A stretch of DNA of 64,000 bases, from the IMG/VR virus record IMGVR_UViG_3300028171_000090, positions 96,001 to 160,000 of that record. One strand, 5' to 3'. Of the stretch, positions 36,822 through 46,509 are shown piece after piece (within the stretch, counting starts at the first letter, position 1; every line of letters begins with the position of its first letter). Position numbers and translations under genes: made by a program. Under the pieces are notes generated by a model. The model was not told the origin of the DNA. It did no database searches and worked only from the letters and a program-made list of their open reading frames with translations. Origin of the DNA: a virus. Lineage: Duplodnaviria; Caudoviricetes.

Positions 36822-38495
36822 TTAAACGTCGTAACGACCGTAGATTTCAGAAGAACCTAATACGTCGTTGTTGATAAGTTTAACTTCACCTTGAATTGGA
36901 ATAACTTCATCAGTTAAGCTACGTTCGAATAACATTACTGAAGGAATACGTACGTTTTCAGCCATACGGTATCCGTTAGAGATTACGAATTGGTATTCGA
37001 AATGTTTGTAAGTAATGTGTTCAGCAGTAGTTGGGATTAAGACTACTTGTAATGATCCTTGAGTAGCACGCTCAGATGATACAACGAAGAATCGTTTTTG
37101 GTTATTGTATAAACCAATGTTGTAGTCAAGTTTAATTCCACCAACTTCAGCATCTTGTCCGTAAATCCAGTTTACTTGGTCAAGTAATTTAACATCCATA
37201 GGGTTGCCCATTACTGCGAAGTATACGTTTTGGTTACGTAAGATGTAGCTTAAAGAGATTGCTAGACGGTCTAGAGTCTCTTTTAACTCGATTTGTCTCC
37301 ATTCAGTTGGAGTTTTAGTGTAGCTGCTTGGTGGTTTGCAGTCAAAGATAGCACGTTGGTAATGTTTTGTACCAACTAAACGAGATTTAGAATCATCTAA
37401 GTAACGTTTGATTTTGATATCTTTTAATTGTGTAACTGTGTCTGTCATTGTTTGAATTGCTTTCGCAGTTGTATCAATGTTATAGATGATTTTTTCATCT
37501 TTGATACGTTCTTCAGTCAGACCAGTTGCTAAATGATCGCCATCAGGAATAACGAATTGTTTCGTTTCTTTATCCCAACCGCTTGAAGCAGTACGTAAGT
37601 GGTTTTCACTAGATAGAGAACCGCTAACAGTAAATGCTTTAATTTTTTGCTGTACGCTACCAATGTTGATAAGACCTGTTTCGAAGTCAACTGAACCTTG
37701 AACGATATCAGTAACTGAAGCAGCAGGTTTAGTAACATTGCCTGTACCTTCTTCTTTTACTTCTTCTGTTTTAGCTGTGATTGTTTTATTGAATAAACCA
37801 GAACCAGCTTCAACAGGAATACGTGTTTTAACAACAACGTCAGTACCTTTAACATCTACAGTTACAGAACTAATGAAGAAGTCACGAGAAAGTGTATCTT
37901 GTTGTAATGTAGAACCGCCAGATGCTTCGATTAAGTTATATTCGAAATTTGGTACTGCGATTGGTTTATCAGTTAAGCGTTGACGTACTGCACCCATGAT
38001 TTCATCAACGTTTTCGTCGAATGCTTCTGGTAAGTAGAATTTCTTACCTTTAGAATCTTGTAGGTACAGACGTTCGATACCGATGTTAACAACTGGAGCA
38101 GTTGCAACTTCAGTAGGAATGAAGTCTTTATATACACAGTTTACCCAGTAACGTTTAAGTAATGGGAATGTAAGACCAACAATTGGATTTAAGTTTGAAG
38201 AGTAAGACTCAGAAAGAATTTCTTTACGAGCATTCTCAAACATTTGGTCTAATTTTAAAGCGTTACGTTGGTGCATTCCAGCATCGTTGTTAATTGGAGC
38301 AGTTACGTAATCCTCTAAAAGGATTTCTTTGTACTGTTCTAATAAGTTTTCATACTGGATGATATTGCCGATATCCTTTGCATAGTCCAGATTATGTTCT
38401 GAAGCAAAAGATTCAGATAAGCGTGATAACGTTTGCACGAAACCTTGCGCTCCGTTTTCAATAAATGAGCCAACCGTAGGTGTGTTTTCGATCAT
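36822..38495 (-). CDS. Major capsid protein
   Basis: 557 aa, strongest high-expression codon bias, late promoter, own terminator, protease sites LSE/S, head-cluster position. Confidence 0.8.
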   Translation of the reverse strand: MIENTPTVGSFIENGAQGFVQTLSRLSESFASEHNLDYAKDIGNIIQYENLLEQYKEILLEDYVTAPINNDAGMHQRNALKLDQMFENARKEILSESYSSNLNPIVGLTFPLLKRYWVNCVYKDFIPTEVATAPVVNIGIERLYLQDSKGKKFYLPEAFDENVDEIMGAVRQRLTDKPIAVPNFEYNLIEASGGSTLQQDTLSRDFFISSVTVDVKGTDVVVKTRIPVEAGSGLFNKTITAKTEEVKEEGTGNVTKPAASVTDIVQGSVDFETGLINIGSVQQKIKAFTVSGSLSSENHLRTASSGWDKETKQFVIPDGDHLATGLTEERIKDEKIIYNIDTTAKAIQTMTDTVTQLKDIKIKRYLDDSKSRLVGTKHYQRAIFDCKPPSSYTKTPTEWRQIELKETLDRLAISLSYILRNQNVYFAVMGNPMDVKLLDQVNWIYGQDAEVGGIKLDYNIGLYNNQKRFFVVSSERATQGSLQVVLIPTTAEHITYKHFEYQFVISNGYRMAENVRIPSVMLFERSLTDEVIPIQGEVKLINNDVLGSSEIYGRYDV

Positions 38496-38547
38496 TCTAA
38501 TCTCTCCTTTTTATCCAAAGTAACAATAGGATTCTTTTCAATTCAGT

Positions 38548-38559
38548 TATATAATTGTT
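38548..38559 (-). promoter_or_regulatory. Late-type promoter for MCP
   Basis: AACA-ATTATA-TA. Confidence 0.6.
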
Positions 38560-39200
38560 TATTTTTCATTTCTCATATCATTAACTTTTGCAATTATTTG
38601 AGTACATATTTTCAAAGATGTTTCAAATTTGTAATAAAGTACCAAATTTTGCTCGTAACTATCCTGAGAAAATTTATAAATCATATAATCATATACTGTT
38701 TGTTTCAGTCTCCCAATCTCATCTTGTGCATATCGAATAAGAGCTGTCTCCTTTTGTCCAATGGTATCTACTTTTGTCAATTGATTTGATGTTGTACTAA
38801 TCAGGGTATATAGCTCAGACATTTCCTCTAATAATTGTTTCTTTTTGAGGACTGAGTTGTCTGTCTCTTCTTCTCCCTCTGTTCCATCACCAGATTCGTC
38901 ACCATCAGTGCCGTCTTCAGTAGCACCATCACCACTATCTGGTTCGCCATCAGTATCAGTGCCGTCCCCAGAAGTATCATCTCCCATGTCATCTCCACCG
39001 GTACCATCTGGGTTATCTTCTGCCGTAGTGTCGTCGCCAGTAGTATCATCTGGGGAATCACCTCCGTCATCATCAGCTGCACTTAATTCATCTGACATAT
39101 CTAGGTCAGCAGACCCTGGTGCATCTTCTAGTGTAGCAGGCTTGTCTTTCTTGTCATCGTCTCCAGCTTCACTTAATAGACGAAATAATAATGGATTCAT
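38559..39200 (-). CDS. Acidic low-complexity protein, probable scaffold/core protein
   Basis: LLSE/A site, ~100-aa D/G/T/E tract, C-terminal helices; immediately upstream of MCP. Confidence 0.6.
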   Translation of the reverse strand: MNPLLFRLLSEAGDDDKKDKPATLEDAPGSADLDMSDELSAADDDGGDSPDDTTGDDTTAEDNPDGTGGDDMGDDTSGDGTDTDGEPDSGDGATEDGTDGDESGDGTEGEEETDNSVLKKKQLLEEMSELYTLISTTSNQLTKVDTIGQKETALIRYAQDEIGRLKQTVYDYMIYKFSQDSYEQNLVLYYKFETSLKICTQIIAKVNDMRNEK

Positions 39201-39218
39201 AATCGTACCTCCTTGTTG

Positions 39219-39863
39219 TTATTTAATTGTATGAATCTTAAATGACTCACCTGTATTTTTAATAGCTTCCATATGATTAGGAATCATAGCTATTGGCAAA
39301 CTGTACTTGTCGAATACCTCTGTAGTATAATCAATCGAATCATTTACTCGTAGCATATTACCATTAGAGATAGTATACATTCGGTTACCGATTTCCAATA
39401 ATGATTTTTCATCTTTTTTAATTCCTAGTAATTGGATTTCAGCAATATAGTTACCATCTCTATTTGCCATAAATCCTAATTTAATAGTTTTTCCTGTCGG
39501 TGGCAATGAGAGCGTGTGTTCTTCATCCATAATCCCACCATTATTTGTCCACCAAGCTAATTTGGATGCAAAAGTAGTAATAAGTGCATCATCAGTATAC
39601 ACTGATATGGATTTAATATCAGTAAATCCATTACCATTGGTTTTAAGTCTTATTGCATGTAGTGTCACAGGTACATCAAAGGCTACACTAATCGATGCTG
39701 ATGTTAAATTTGCACCCCAACCCCAAGTCTCTGCTGATTGGATGCTTGAATCAAACGCTTTCCATGCAGGGTATTGAGAATCACGTTCACTCGATGCCGA
39801 TATCGTTACTCCTGGTCCTGTATATCCAGTCAATGTCGGTACTAAACTTTCTAAAGTTGCCAT
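39219..39863 (-). CDS. Discoidin/F5-8C-like paralogue 2
   Basis: SLVPTLTG, ASSERDSQYPAWKAFD, AEIQLLG, FKIHTIK. Confidence 0.75.
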   Translation of the reverse strand: MATLESLVPTLTGYTGPGVTISASSERDSQYPAWKAFDSSIQSAETWGWGANLTSASISVAFDVPVTLHAIRLKTNGNGFTDIKSISVYTDDALITTFASKLAWWTNNGGIMDEEHTLSLPPTGKTIKLGFMANRDGNYIAEIQLLGIKKDEKSLLEIGNRMYTISNGNMLRVNDSIDYTTEVFDKYSLPIAMIPNHMEAIKNTGESFKIHTIK

Positions 39864-39865
39864 AT
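39841..39865. repeat. 25-bp exact direct repeat, second copy at 40476..40500
   Basis: ACTAAACTTTCTAAAGTTGCCATTA covers the starts (MATLESLV) of paralogues 2 and 3. Confidence 0.9.
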
Positions 39866-39877
39866 TATCACCTCCTA

Positions 39878-40498
39878 TTATGTAATTACCGTTTGTATTT
39901 TAAATTTATCAGACATGATCTTTATACTATCCATACCTTTAGTAATATCTGATAAAGAAGTACTTTGATCTACAAGGTCTAATGTAAAATCATGAGTTTC
40001 AGATACAAGCGTTAGCTTGTCACCTATAAATGAAAATAACTTTCCATCTATTTCTACAAGAGACTTCATTTTATATCCCCATAGAACTATCTCTTGTATG
40101 AATGAACTAGAATTACCTACATAAAATTGTAGTGCAACTGTCTTCCCTGTTTTTGGTTGTGCTAATTTAAATTCATTGGTCACAAGCCTATTTTCATAAA
40201 CTATTTTAACTGAAAATGATTCATCTTGACCTCCATCCACTATGATAGATTCTTTTGTAATACTAGTAAGACCTGTATAACTTGTTTTTACATCAAATTG
40301 CGTGATTATAATGGGACTATCAAACTCTATCGTAATAGTGCGCCAACCAGTCCCGGCTAAGGACCATGCATACTGCTCTCCATTAATCTCAGTTCGTCCA
40401 TCAAAAGCTTTCCATGCAGTTTCACCACCAGATGTTATCTTTATACCTGGTCCTTGTGCACTTGTTAACTTAGGAACTAAACTTTCTAAAGTTGCCAT
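39878..40498 (-). CDS. Discoidin/F5-8C-like paralogue 3
   Basis: SLVPKLTS, AWKAFDG, QEIVLWG, FKIQTV. Confidence 0.75.
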   Translation of the reverse strand: MATLESLVPKLTSAQGPGIKITSGGETAWKAFDGRTEINGEQYAWSLAGTGWRTITIEFDSPIIITQFDVKTSYTGLTSITKESIIVDGGQDESFSVKIVYENRLVTNEFKLAQPKTGKTVALQFYVGNSSSFIQEIVLWGYKMKSLVEIDGKLFSFIGDKLTLVSETHDFTLDLVDQSTSLSDITKGMDSIKIMSDKFKIQTVIT

Positions 40499-40511
40499 TA
40501 GTAATACCTCC

Positions 40512-41159
40512 TTATAACGTTTCTACATAATGTAGTTTATACTTCGGATAATTCTCTTGCAGATACTGTAATAGTGGAATTTCTTTTCCATTAAATAGTA
40601 TCTTCTCGTTATGAAGTTCTTTTATAAATAATGATGGGGCTGATAGATATAACTCCTTTGTCATATCCGTAGCATTCCCTATCACATTTATCGCTTTATT
40701 AACGATAGTACATACTTTCCCATCAATTTCTAAAAATACAGGAGGGCTATCCGTATATACTTGTACGTCATAGATATCTGCAATCCAAGCATTAGCTGAA
40801 TCTTTTCCTCGGGCATCTATATAAAACACAATTTCTTCGTATACCGCCGCTGTAATATTAATTGTAACATTTCGTATATTACCTGACGTGTACGATGTGA
40901 TATTAGCCAATGGACCACCTGGCTTTTTACCCTGTATTGTCACACTTCCGTAGTTATATAGGTCAAACATTACCGATGTAACTTTGACAGGTTTATTAAA
41001 TTTAACACTTACAGCCGGATATGATGCTTGAATACGTACTGATGTAGCAGAATTTCTATCCACCATTTGGGGATAGAAAGTATTTCTATTTGTTTCTACC
41101 ACAGATACACCGTTAGTTGGACTAACGGTCATCTTAGGTATTAATGGTATATTTGCCAT
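40512..41159 (-). CDS. Discoidin-like paralogue 4
   Basis: PLIPKMT, YDVQVY, FLEIDGK, YKLHY. Confidence 0.7.
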   Translation of the reverse strand: MANIPLIPKMTVSPTNGVSVVETNRNTFYPQMVDRNSATSVRIQASYPAVSVKFNKPVKVTSVMFDLYNYGSVTIQGKKPGGPLANITSYTSGNIRNVTINITAAVYEEIVFYIDARGKDSANAWIADIYDVQVYTDSPPVFLEIDGKVCTIVNKAINVIGNATDMTKELYLSAPSLFIKELHNEKILFNGKEIPLLQYLQENYPKYKLHYVETL

Positions 41160-41162
41160 AAC

Positions 41163-41828
41163 TTAACCTCCTAATTTTCCATACAGCTTAAAATCTTCTA
41201 ATGTATTGATAAACGGTATTTGATTACCGTCCACCGTAACGGGTTCATATAATACTGATAATGCAAACCCTTCAGTAAATGAAGCGATATCAGGTTCATT
41301 TAAGTTACTTACAAGTTTTAAAGCTTTATTTTGTATAGTATACAATTTACCTTTCATCGCTAGAAGATACACTTGTGGTACCTTTGTACCAAATATCTGC
41401 ATTTCAGGTATTATTGTATAGGTAGAATCTGCGGTAAATCTCATTTTAATACACTTACCCATAATAGGTGATGTGAAGTTGACACGTTTAAGTGTATCAT
41501 TTATAGTAAAGCCTACAGGTTTACTATCTTTTAAAATTAGACTTTGATCAGTATTACCAGCATACATTTCAACAGTCTGTATTGTACCTGCCCCTTTAGT
41601 GTTACCTACAGCTCTGTAGAACTCTAGATATGCTACACTAACAACATAAGGAAAATAAATTATTAAATGATGTGGTACTACCGCACTATTATTCCAATAC
41701 CAACCAAAATCATCAGTTTTTTTATCAAATGACATCCATGCAGGACCGTTAGATGTAAAATCACTTTGAGTGATACTAATATTACTAGTAGTTTGCCCTG
41801 TCATTTTAGGAACTAAAGCTTCAGTCAT
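41163..41828 (-). CDS. Discoidin-like paralogue 5
   Basis: ALVPKMTG, AWMSFD, PEMQIFG, GKLYTI. Confidence 0.7.
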   Translation of the reverse strand: MTEALVPKMTGQTTSNISITQSDFTSNGPAWMSFDKKTDDFGWYWNNSAVVPHHLIIYFPYVVSVAYLEFYRAVGNTKGAGTIQTVEMYAGNTDQSLILKDSKPVGFTINDTLKRVNFTSPIMGKCIKMRFTADSTYTIIPEMQIFGTKVPQVYLLAMKGKLYTIQNKALKLVSNLNEPDIASFTEGFALSVLYEPVTVDGNQIPFINTLEDFKLYGKLGG

Positions 41829-41839
41829 ATTAAAACCTC

Positions 41840-42472
41840 CTATTGCTGTAACGTGTGTAATTTAAATTTACCATAATTAGTCTGTAAATAATCTAATAAT
41901 GGGACGTCTTTCCCGTTATATGAAATCATAGTGCTAACTAAAGTATTCACTGTTAAATCCTTATCTTTATACTGCTCAATGGTGATAGACGATACATCGC
42001 CGATAGGTGCTAGGACCTTATTTTTTACAGTATATAACGTATTATTTATTTCAATAAATGCTGAATTCTGTGGTCCATATAATTGTACTTCATTAATGTA
42101 TCCATACCAATTACCTGATGATCCTCCAATCGAGCTAAGTGCGATTTCTACAACTTGACACATGGGTTCATTGGTTATATAGTACGTATTCACGTCACCA
42201 GCAGATTCTGTAGTGTATGCGAGAGTAACTAAATTACTAGCCGTCATCCCACCTTTTATACTAGAGAATCCCATACTAGCACCCTTATATTTCATAGCGG
42301 TAATCTTCTTAGCTACCGGGAATGTTATAGTAAAAGTAGGATATGAAATATTGGTTCGAACAGAAACATCCCAATTCCCATCAAATGCCTCAGGTATGAA
42401 ACCTTTAATTGAAATACCATCCTGGTTTGAAGATTTCATTATAGGTATTAGTGGATTTGATAATTTTGCCAT
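41840..42472 (-). CDS. Discoidin-like paralogue 6
   Basis: PLIPIMKS, EAFDG, NEVQLYG, FKLHTL. Confidence 0.7.
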   Translation of the reverse strand: MAKLSNPLIPIMKSSNQDGISIKGFIPEAFDGNWDVSVRTNISYPTFTITFPVAKKITAMKYKGASMGFSSIKGGMTASNLVTLAYTTESAGDVNTYYITNEPMCQVVEIALSSIGGSSGNWYGYINEVQLYGPQNSAFIEINNTLYTVKNKVLAPIGDVSSITIEQYKDKDLTVNTLVSTMISYNGKDVPLLDYLQTNYGKFKLHTLQQ

Positions 42473-42485
42473 CGTCTTCCCTCCT

Positions 42486-43568
42486 TTAGATGTAACGTTT
42501 TAATCGATCAATGTCTAAATTAATCTTATTCTGTAAACGCATAAGCTCATACTTCTTCGTACGATCACCTTGTGCGTCAGCGTCTTTAATCTTTTCTTCT
42601 ACCATTCTCTTCTCGTTATTGAGTTCGAGTAATAACTTCTCTTTCTCAACATGAGTCATTCTAGAACGAATCGCAAATCCTACCACAATACCAATAGCAG
42701 CCATAGCTGGGTTAATAGCAGCGGCTGTACCTAGTAAAGCAGCTTTACGAATCATACGAGATAGTGATGGAGCGCCTGTCTCATTCTTAATAATATCTTC
42801 ACGTTTATTACCCATGAATTTAGTCTTGATTGCTTGTAAAGAGTTCTCAAACCATTTATCCATCTTACGTTCAGTACGGTTTACAGTGGATTTTGCAATG
42901 GTTGCTTTCTCTTTCATGCTTTCATTTAAGTAATCTTTACCAGGATATAATGCTTCACATTTCGCATATTGCTCAGAGAAGACTTGATACCCTTGCATAA
43001 GAGCCATATCTACAATATCGTTCTCTTGGAAATGTTTTAGAGTAGAACTACCGTCCTCATATTCATGAGCCGTTAAGTCCATCTTAGCATCTTCTAATTT
43101 ATCGATACCTTTCTCTAAATCTTTCTTAATCTTTTCCAACTCTTGACGTTTATTATGGTCGTCAGTCTTGTCGAGTTGTTTTTCTACATTGTGTAATTGC
43201 ATACGATATAGACCAATGTATTTACCAATAAACTTTTGATCTACATTCTTCTGAATAACTCTGTCTGCTAGTAGCGTGAATGCTCCGTATAATGGGTTAA
43301 TTGCCATCGGAATCCCTACAACGACAGAGAGTCTAAGTACCTCACCTACTGAAGGAAGTGTGTCAATAACATCTTCTGGTGGGCGTTGATACAGCTTTGT
43401 AGCAGCATCTTTTAATGGTTTTGGGATAACACCCTTGTTTTCTTTCGTATACTTTTTCATCTCTTTCTTGATAACATCAAAGTCGATGAAATTGATATGG
43501 GAAGAAACGTGCTTTTTAAATAAGCTAGATTCACTTAATAAGTAATCTTCATTGAAATGTAAATTCAT
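42486..43568 (-). CDS. Probable internal head protein with a duplicated hydrophobic-hairpin/coiled-coil unit
   Basis: AAGGGG RBS at ATG 43568; two AINP-centred hydrophobic segments each followed by a coiled coil; LSE/S and LNE/S sites. Confidence 0.6.
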   Translation of the reverse strand: MNLHFNEDYLLSESSLFKKHVSSHINFIDFDVIKKEMKKYTKENKGVIPKPLKDAATKLYQRPPEDVIDTLPSVGEVLRLSVVVGIPMAINPLYGAFTLLADRVIQKNVDQKFIGKYIGLYRMQLHNVEKQLDKTDDHNKRQELEKIKKDLEKGIDKLEDAKMDLTAHEYEDGSSTLKHFQENDIVDMALMQGYQVFSEQYAKCEALYPGKDYLNESMKEKATIAKSTVNRTERKMDKWFENSLQAIKTKFMGNKREDIIKNETGAPSLSRMIRKAALLGTAAAINPAMAAIGIVVGFAIRSRMTHVEKEKLLLELNNEKRMVEEKIKDADAQGDRTKKYELMRLQNKINLDIDRLKRYI

Positions 43569-43595
43569 TATAATTTCCCCTTTCTTTCTCGTAGT

Positions 43596-43642
43596 TAACT
43601 TAATGTTTGGCGATAGGGTTCCTATCCGCAAACAATGTATTA
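43596..43642. promoter_or_regulatory. Divergent late-type promoters
   Basis: Minus AACA-TTAAGT-TA (43607-43596); plus AACA-ATGTAT-TA (43631-43642). Confidence 0.65.
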
Positions 43643-43666
43643 AATATTGCAAAGAGGTGATTTATA

Positions 43667-44482
43667 ATGAGAAGAGACAAGACTGTAGCATACCTAATTA
43701 GTGAAGCTGCTACTGAATCAAAACCAGAAATCTTAAAACCTGTCAACTCTTTAGTTGACAGTGTTCGTATTAACGCGATTCTTCAAGACTTAGATGTATG
43801 GAATCGTAACCAACGAAATTACCCAAAAAAAGTAATGGAACCAGGGTTAAACGATCCTCGTATCGTCGAGCTAGTTAAAAACAAATCATGGGTAGGAGAA
43901 GCGGGTCACCCTATTAACCCTACACCAGTTCGACAAATGTCAATCGACAATACTAATATTAGTCACCGTATAAACAACTGGTGCTTTGATAGAAACATTG
44001 TCAAAGGTGAAGTGGAAACACTTATGACACCGCAAGGTATTTCAATGCGTGATTTAATTCGTCAAGAATTAAATGTAGCATTCAGTTTACGTGCTATGGG
44101 CAAAGTCCAACAGACTTCTCGTGGTGCATTAGTAGTAGGACCAGTTCGCGTTCTATGTTATGACTGGGTATTCATTCCTAGTCATAAAGATGCATATCAA
44201 CAATCTATCATTTCAGAAAGCGTGCAACCAAATATGCTAACTGAAGGATACTGCATTCCATTAATGGAAAGTGCTGCTTTAGATTACATTCAATCTGAGA
44301 GTGAGAACTTCCGTATTATGTCTGAATTCTTCGAATTCGCTCCAGACGGAATTCAACTATTAGAAGGTAACCGTAGTATTATGGTTGAAGATAAATCTAA
44401 AAATGGAGATAAACTAATCATTGGTGTAGAAGATTATATTAGCCAAGAGATTAACGGATTCTTCCGCAGCTTTAAGAATTAA
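43667..44482 (+). CDS. Prohead (capsid maturation) protease, T4 gp21-like
   Basis: WVGEAGHP (catalytic His), FSLRAMG (catalytic Ser), YDWVFIPSH (Asp). Confidence 0.9.
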   Translation: MRRDKTVAYLISEAATESKPEILKPVNSLVDSVRINAILQDLDVWNRNQRNYPKKVMEPGLNDPRIVELVKNKSWVGEAGHPINPTPVRQMSIDNTNISHRINNWCFDRNIVKGEVETLMTPQGISMRDLIRQELNVAFSLRAMGKVQQTSRGALVVGPVRVLCYDWVFIPSHKDAYQQSIISESVQPNMLTEGYCIPLMESAALDYIQSESENFRIMSEFFEFAPDGIQLLEGNRSIMVEDKSKNGDKLIIGVEDYISQEINGFFRSFKN

Positions 44483-44494
44483 GGAGGGGTTCAT

Positions 44495-45112
44495 ATGGCA
44501 AGAAGTGTAGCATTTCCAAAATTCAATGGGTCTTACCCTACTAATAATTTTACAGATAACGGTGTGCAAGTTATATGTACAGCATACAGTTCCGATAGAG
44601 GAGTAGGGTTTGCATTTGACGGTAATACTGGTACCACTTGGTATTGTAATTCGTCCGGCACCCATAGTATTACTATAACATGCCCTAAGCCTGCTTATCT
44701 AATTGGGTTTGATATACTTATGGGTCAATATTACGGTAACGGTTACAAGGTTTATTTTGACGGTGTCCAAGCATATTCTCGAACTATTGGAAACAATGGA
44801 AAAGACAATATGTCATTTGCACCTAAACTTGTAACACAAATAAAATTAGAGATTAACCCAACTGGTTTTATAAACGTTGCTGAATTTAAACTATTTAAAC
44901 TAGTTGATACATTAGCCGTTGTTAGAATCAATGATAGTATTTATTCATTTGATGATAGTGGTAAGATGAAATTAGTAACTTCATCGGCAGAAAGTATTTT
45001 ACCTTCACATTTCTTAAATGATGGGTTTAATATCAAAGATATGACACCTGACATGGAAAAACAAATTAAAGACATTGGTGGAAAGTATTCGATTCTAACG
45101 ATGTCTAATTAA
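44495..45112 (+). CDS. Discoidin-like paralogue 7
   Basis: AFPKFNG, FAFDGNTGTTW (classic F5/8C), AEFKLF, KYSILT. Confidence 0.75.
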   Translation: MARSVAFPKFNGSYPTNNFTDNGVQVICTAYSSDRGVGFAFDGNTGTTWYCNSSGTHSITITCPKPAYLIGFDILMGQYYGNGYKVYFDGVQAYSRTIGNNGKDNMSFAPKLVTQIKLEINPTGFINVAEFKLFKLVDTLAVVRINDSIYSFDDSGKMKLVTSSAESILPSHFLNDGFNIKDMTPDMEKQIKDIGGKYSILTMSN

Positions 45113-45124
45113 GGAGGTTAGATT

Positions 45125-45757
45125 ATGGCTTTAGGGAAACCTCTAATACCAAAGATGACAGCAGAAACTACAGGTGTCTGTAGGATTACTGCCGATTCGA
45201 TATACAATTCTAGATACCCGTGGCATGTCGGAGATCAAGTTGCAACTGAATACTGGGATTCATATCCATCCAAAGCTCCGACTTTAAAAGTTTATTTTAA
45301 TACAGGATGGTATAACGTTCGTACTATAATTATCACAAGACGGTTTTCAGAAATGAATGATGTGTTACGTTTAACCATTCGTCACCGTACCGATGGTTCA
45401 ACTACAAATGTGGTGTACACGTATAATCTACCTGTCGGGCAAGATATTACTACAATAGAATTACCTAGAACATTAGTTGCCGATACATTTGATTTTAGTT
45501 TTACGACAACTAGAAATGATGTTCAGATTACGTCTATTCAGTTATACGAACCTCTTATGGAGGCTTCTGTTTTAAAAATTAACAATCAGTATTATAAAAT
45601 ACAAGGTACTGAGTTAGTTACAATCAATGACTTCGATGAATCTGTAAATGCATTTCAAACACATGGATTCGAAGTAAAAGCTATTACACCTACAATCATG
45701 ACAGCTGCTAGTAAAATAGGAGATTTTAAAATATTAACTATGAGAGGGGTTGAATAA
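45125..45757 (+). CDS. Discoidin-like paralogue 8
   Basis: PLIPKMTA, ADSIYNSRYPW..GD, SIQLY, FKILT. Confidence 0.7.
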   Translation: MALGKPLIPKMTAETTGVCRITADSIYNSRYPWHVGDQVATEYWDSYPSKAPTLKVYFNTGWYNVRTIIITRRFSEMNDVLRLTIRHRTDGSTTNVVYTYNLPVGQDITTIELPRTLVADTFDFSFTTTRNDVQITSIQLYEPLMEASVLKINNQYYKIQGTELVTINDFDESVNAFQTHGFEVKAITPTIMTAASKIGDFKILTMRGVE

Positions 45758-45758
45758 T

Positions 45759-46463
45759 ATGCAAGGAATGAATCTAACATCTATGCTAAAGTCTATTAAG
45801 CGTAGACTTGGTGTCACAATGTTTAAGCTAGATGATAAAGACTTGATTGATATCTTAAAAGAAGAAACGCTTTATACATTTAGCACATACTTCCCACACT
45901 ATATTACCGTTAAACATGATTTATCGACAATGAAAGTACAAGGGAAACCAAACTATTATTACATTAATAAAGCTGCGGTAGGTAATTTCCAAATCTTATC
46001 TATCGAAGATATGAAAGTTAGTGATGTAATGAGTGCGTACTTACCATATACGACTACATATTCAGCAATTGATATCTTTACAGATATTCAAATGGCTGCT
46101 ACCTATGAGGATATGATTAGTACACCAATTACATTTTACTATGTTCCGCCAGACCAATTTATGATAGATGCTGGTCCTAGTATGTTAACGAACTTGAATG
46201 TACAGTTCACTGTCGTACATCCTGATAATCTATCTACAGTAAATCCAAGCTTTAAAGAGCAACTATTAAAGTTAGCTACTTTGGATATCCAGATATATCT
46301 TTATAATACACTTCGCCATATGGATAAGATTGATACCTCTTTTGGACAAGTTGATTTAAAGATTGATAGATGGGAAGATGCTGAGGATAAACGTTCTGCT
46401 TTATTAGAAGAGTGGGATGCAAACTATCTTGCTTCTCGTAGACGTAAAATCTTCAGAGCATAA
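45759..46463 (+). CDS. Probable neck/head-completion protein (T4 gp13-like)
   Basis: LKSIKRRLG N-terminus; C-terminal LKLATLDIQ...TSFGQVDL...AEDKRSALLEEW parallels gp13-type adaptors. Confidence 0.5.
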   Translation: MQGMNLTSMLKSIKRRLGVTMFKLDDKDLIDILKEETLYTFSTYFPHYITVKHDLSTMKVQGKPNYYYINKAAVGNFQILSIEDMKVSDVMSAYLPYTTTYSAIDIFTDIQMAATYEDMISTPITFYYVPPDQFMIDAGPSMLTNLNVQFTVVHPDNLSTVNPSFKEQLLKLATLDIQIYLYNTLRHMDKIDTSFGQVDLKIDRWEDAEDKRSALLEEWDANYLASRRRKIFRA

Positions 46464-46480
46464 AAAAGACAAAAAAAATA

Positions 46481-46506
46481 AGAGATACCCAATTAAGGGT
46501 ATCTCT
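46481..46506. terminator. Bidirectional terminator
   Basis: AGAGATACCC-AATTAA-GGGTATCTCT with A/T flanks. Confidence 0.8.
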
Positions 46507-46509
46507 CTT

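Noticed and set aside
38845-39234. 129-aa Ser/Pro-rich plus-strand ORF
   Set aside because: Reverse frame of the D/G/T-rich scaffold-like gene
32552-45757. Diversity-generating retroelement or shufflon driving the discoidin array
   Set aside because: No reverse transcriptase, template/variable repeat pair, invertase or inverted crossover sites seen in the window
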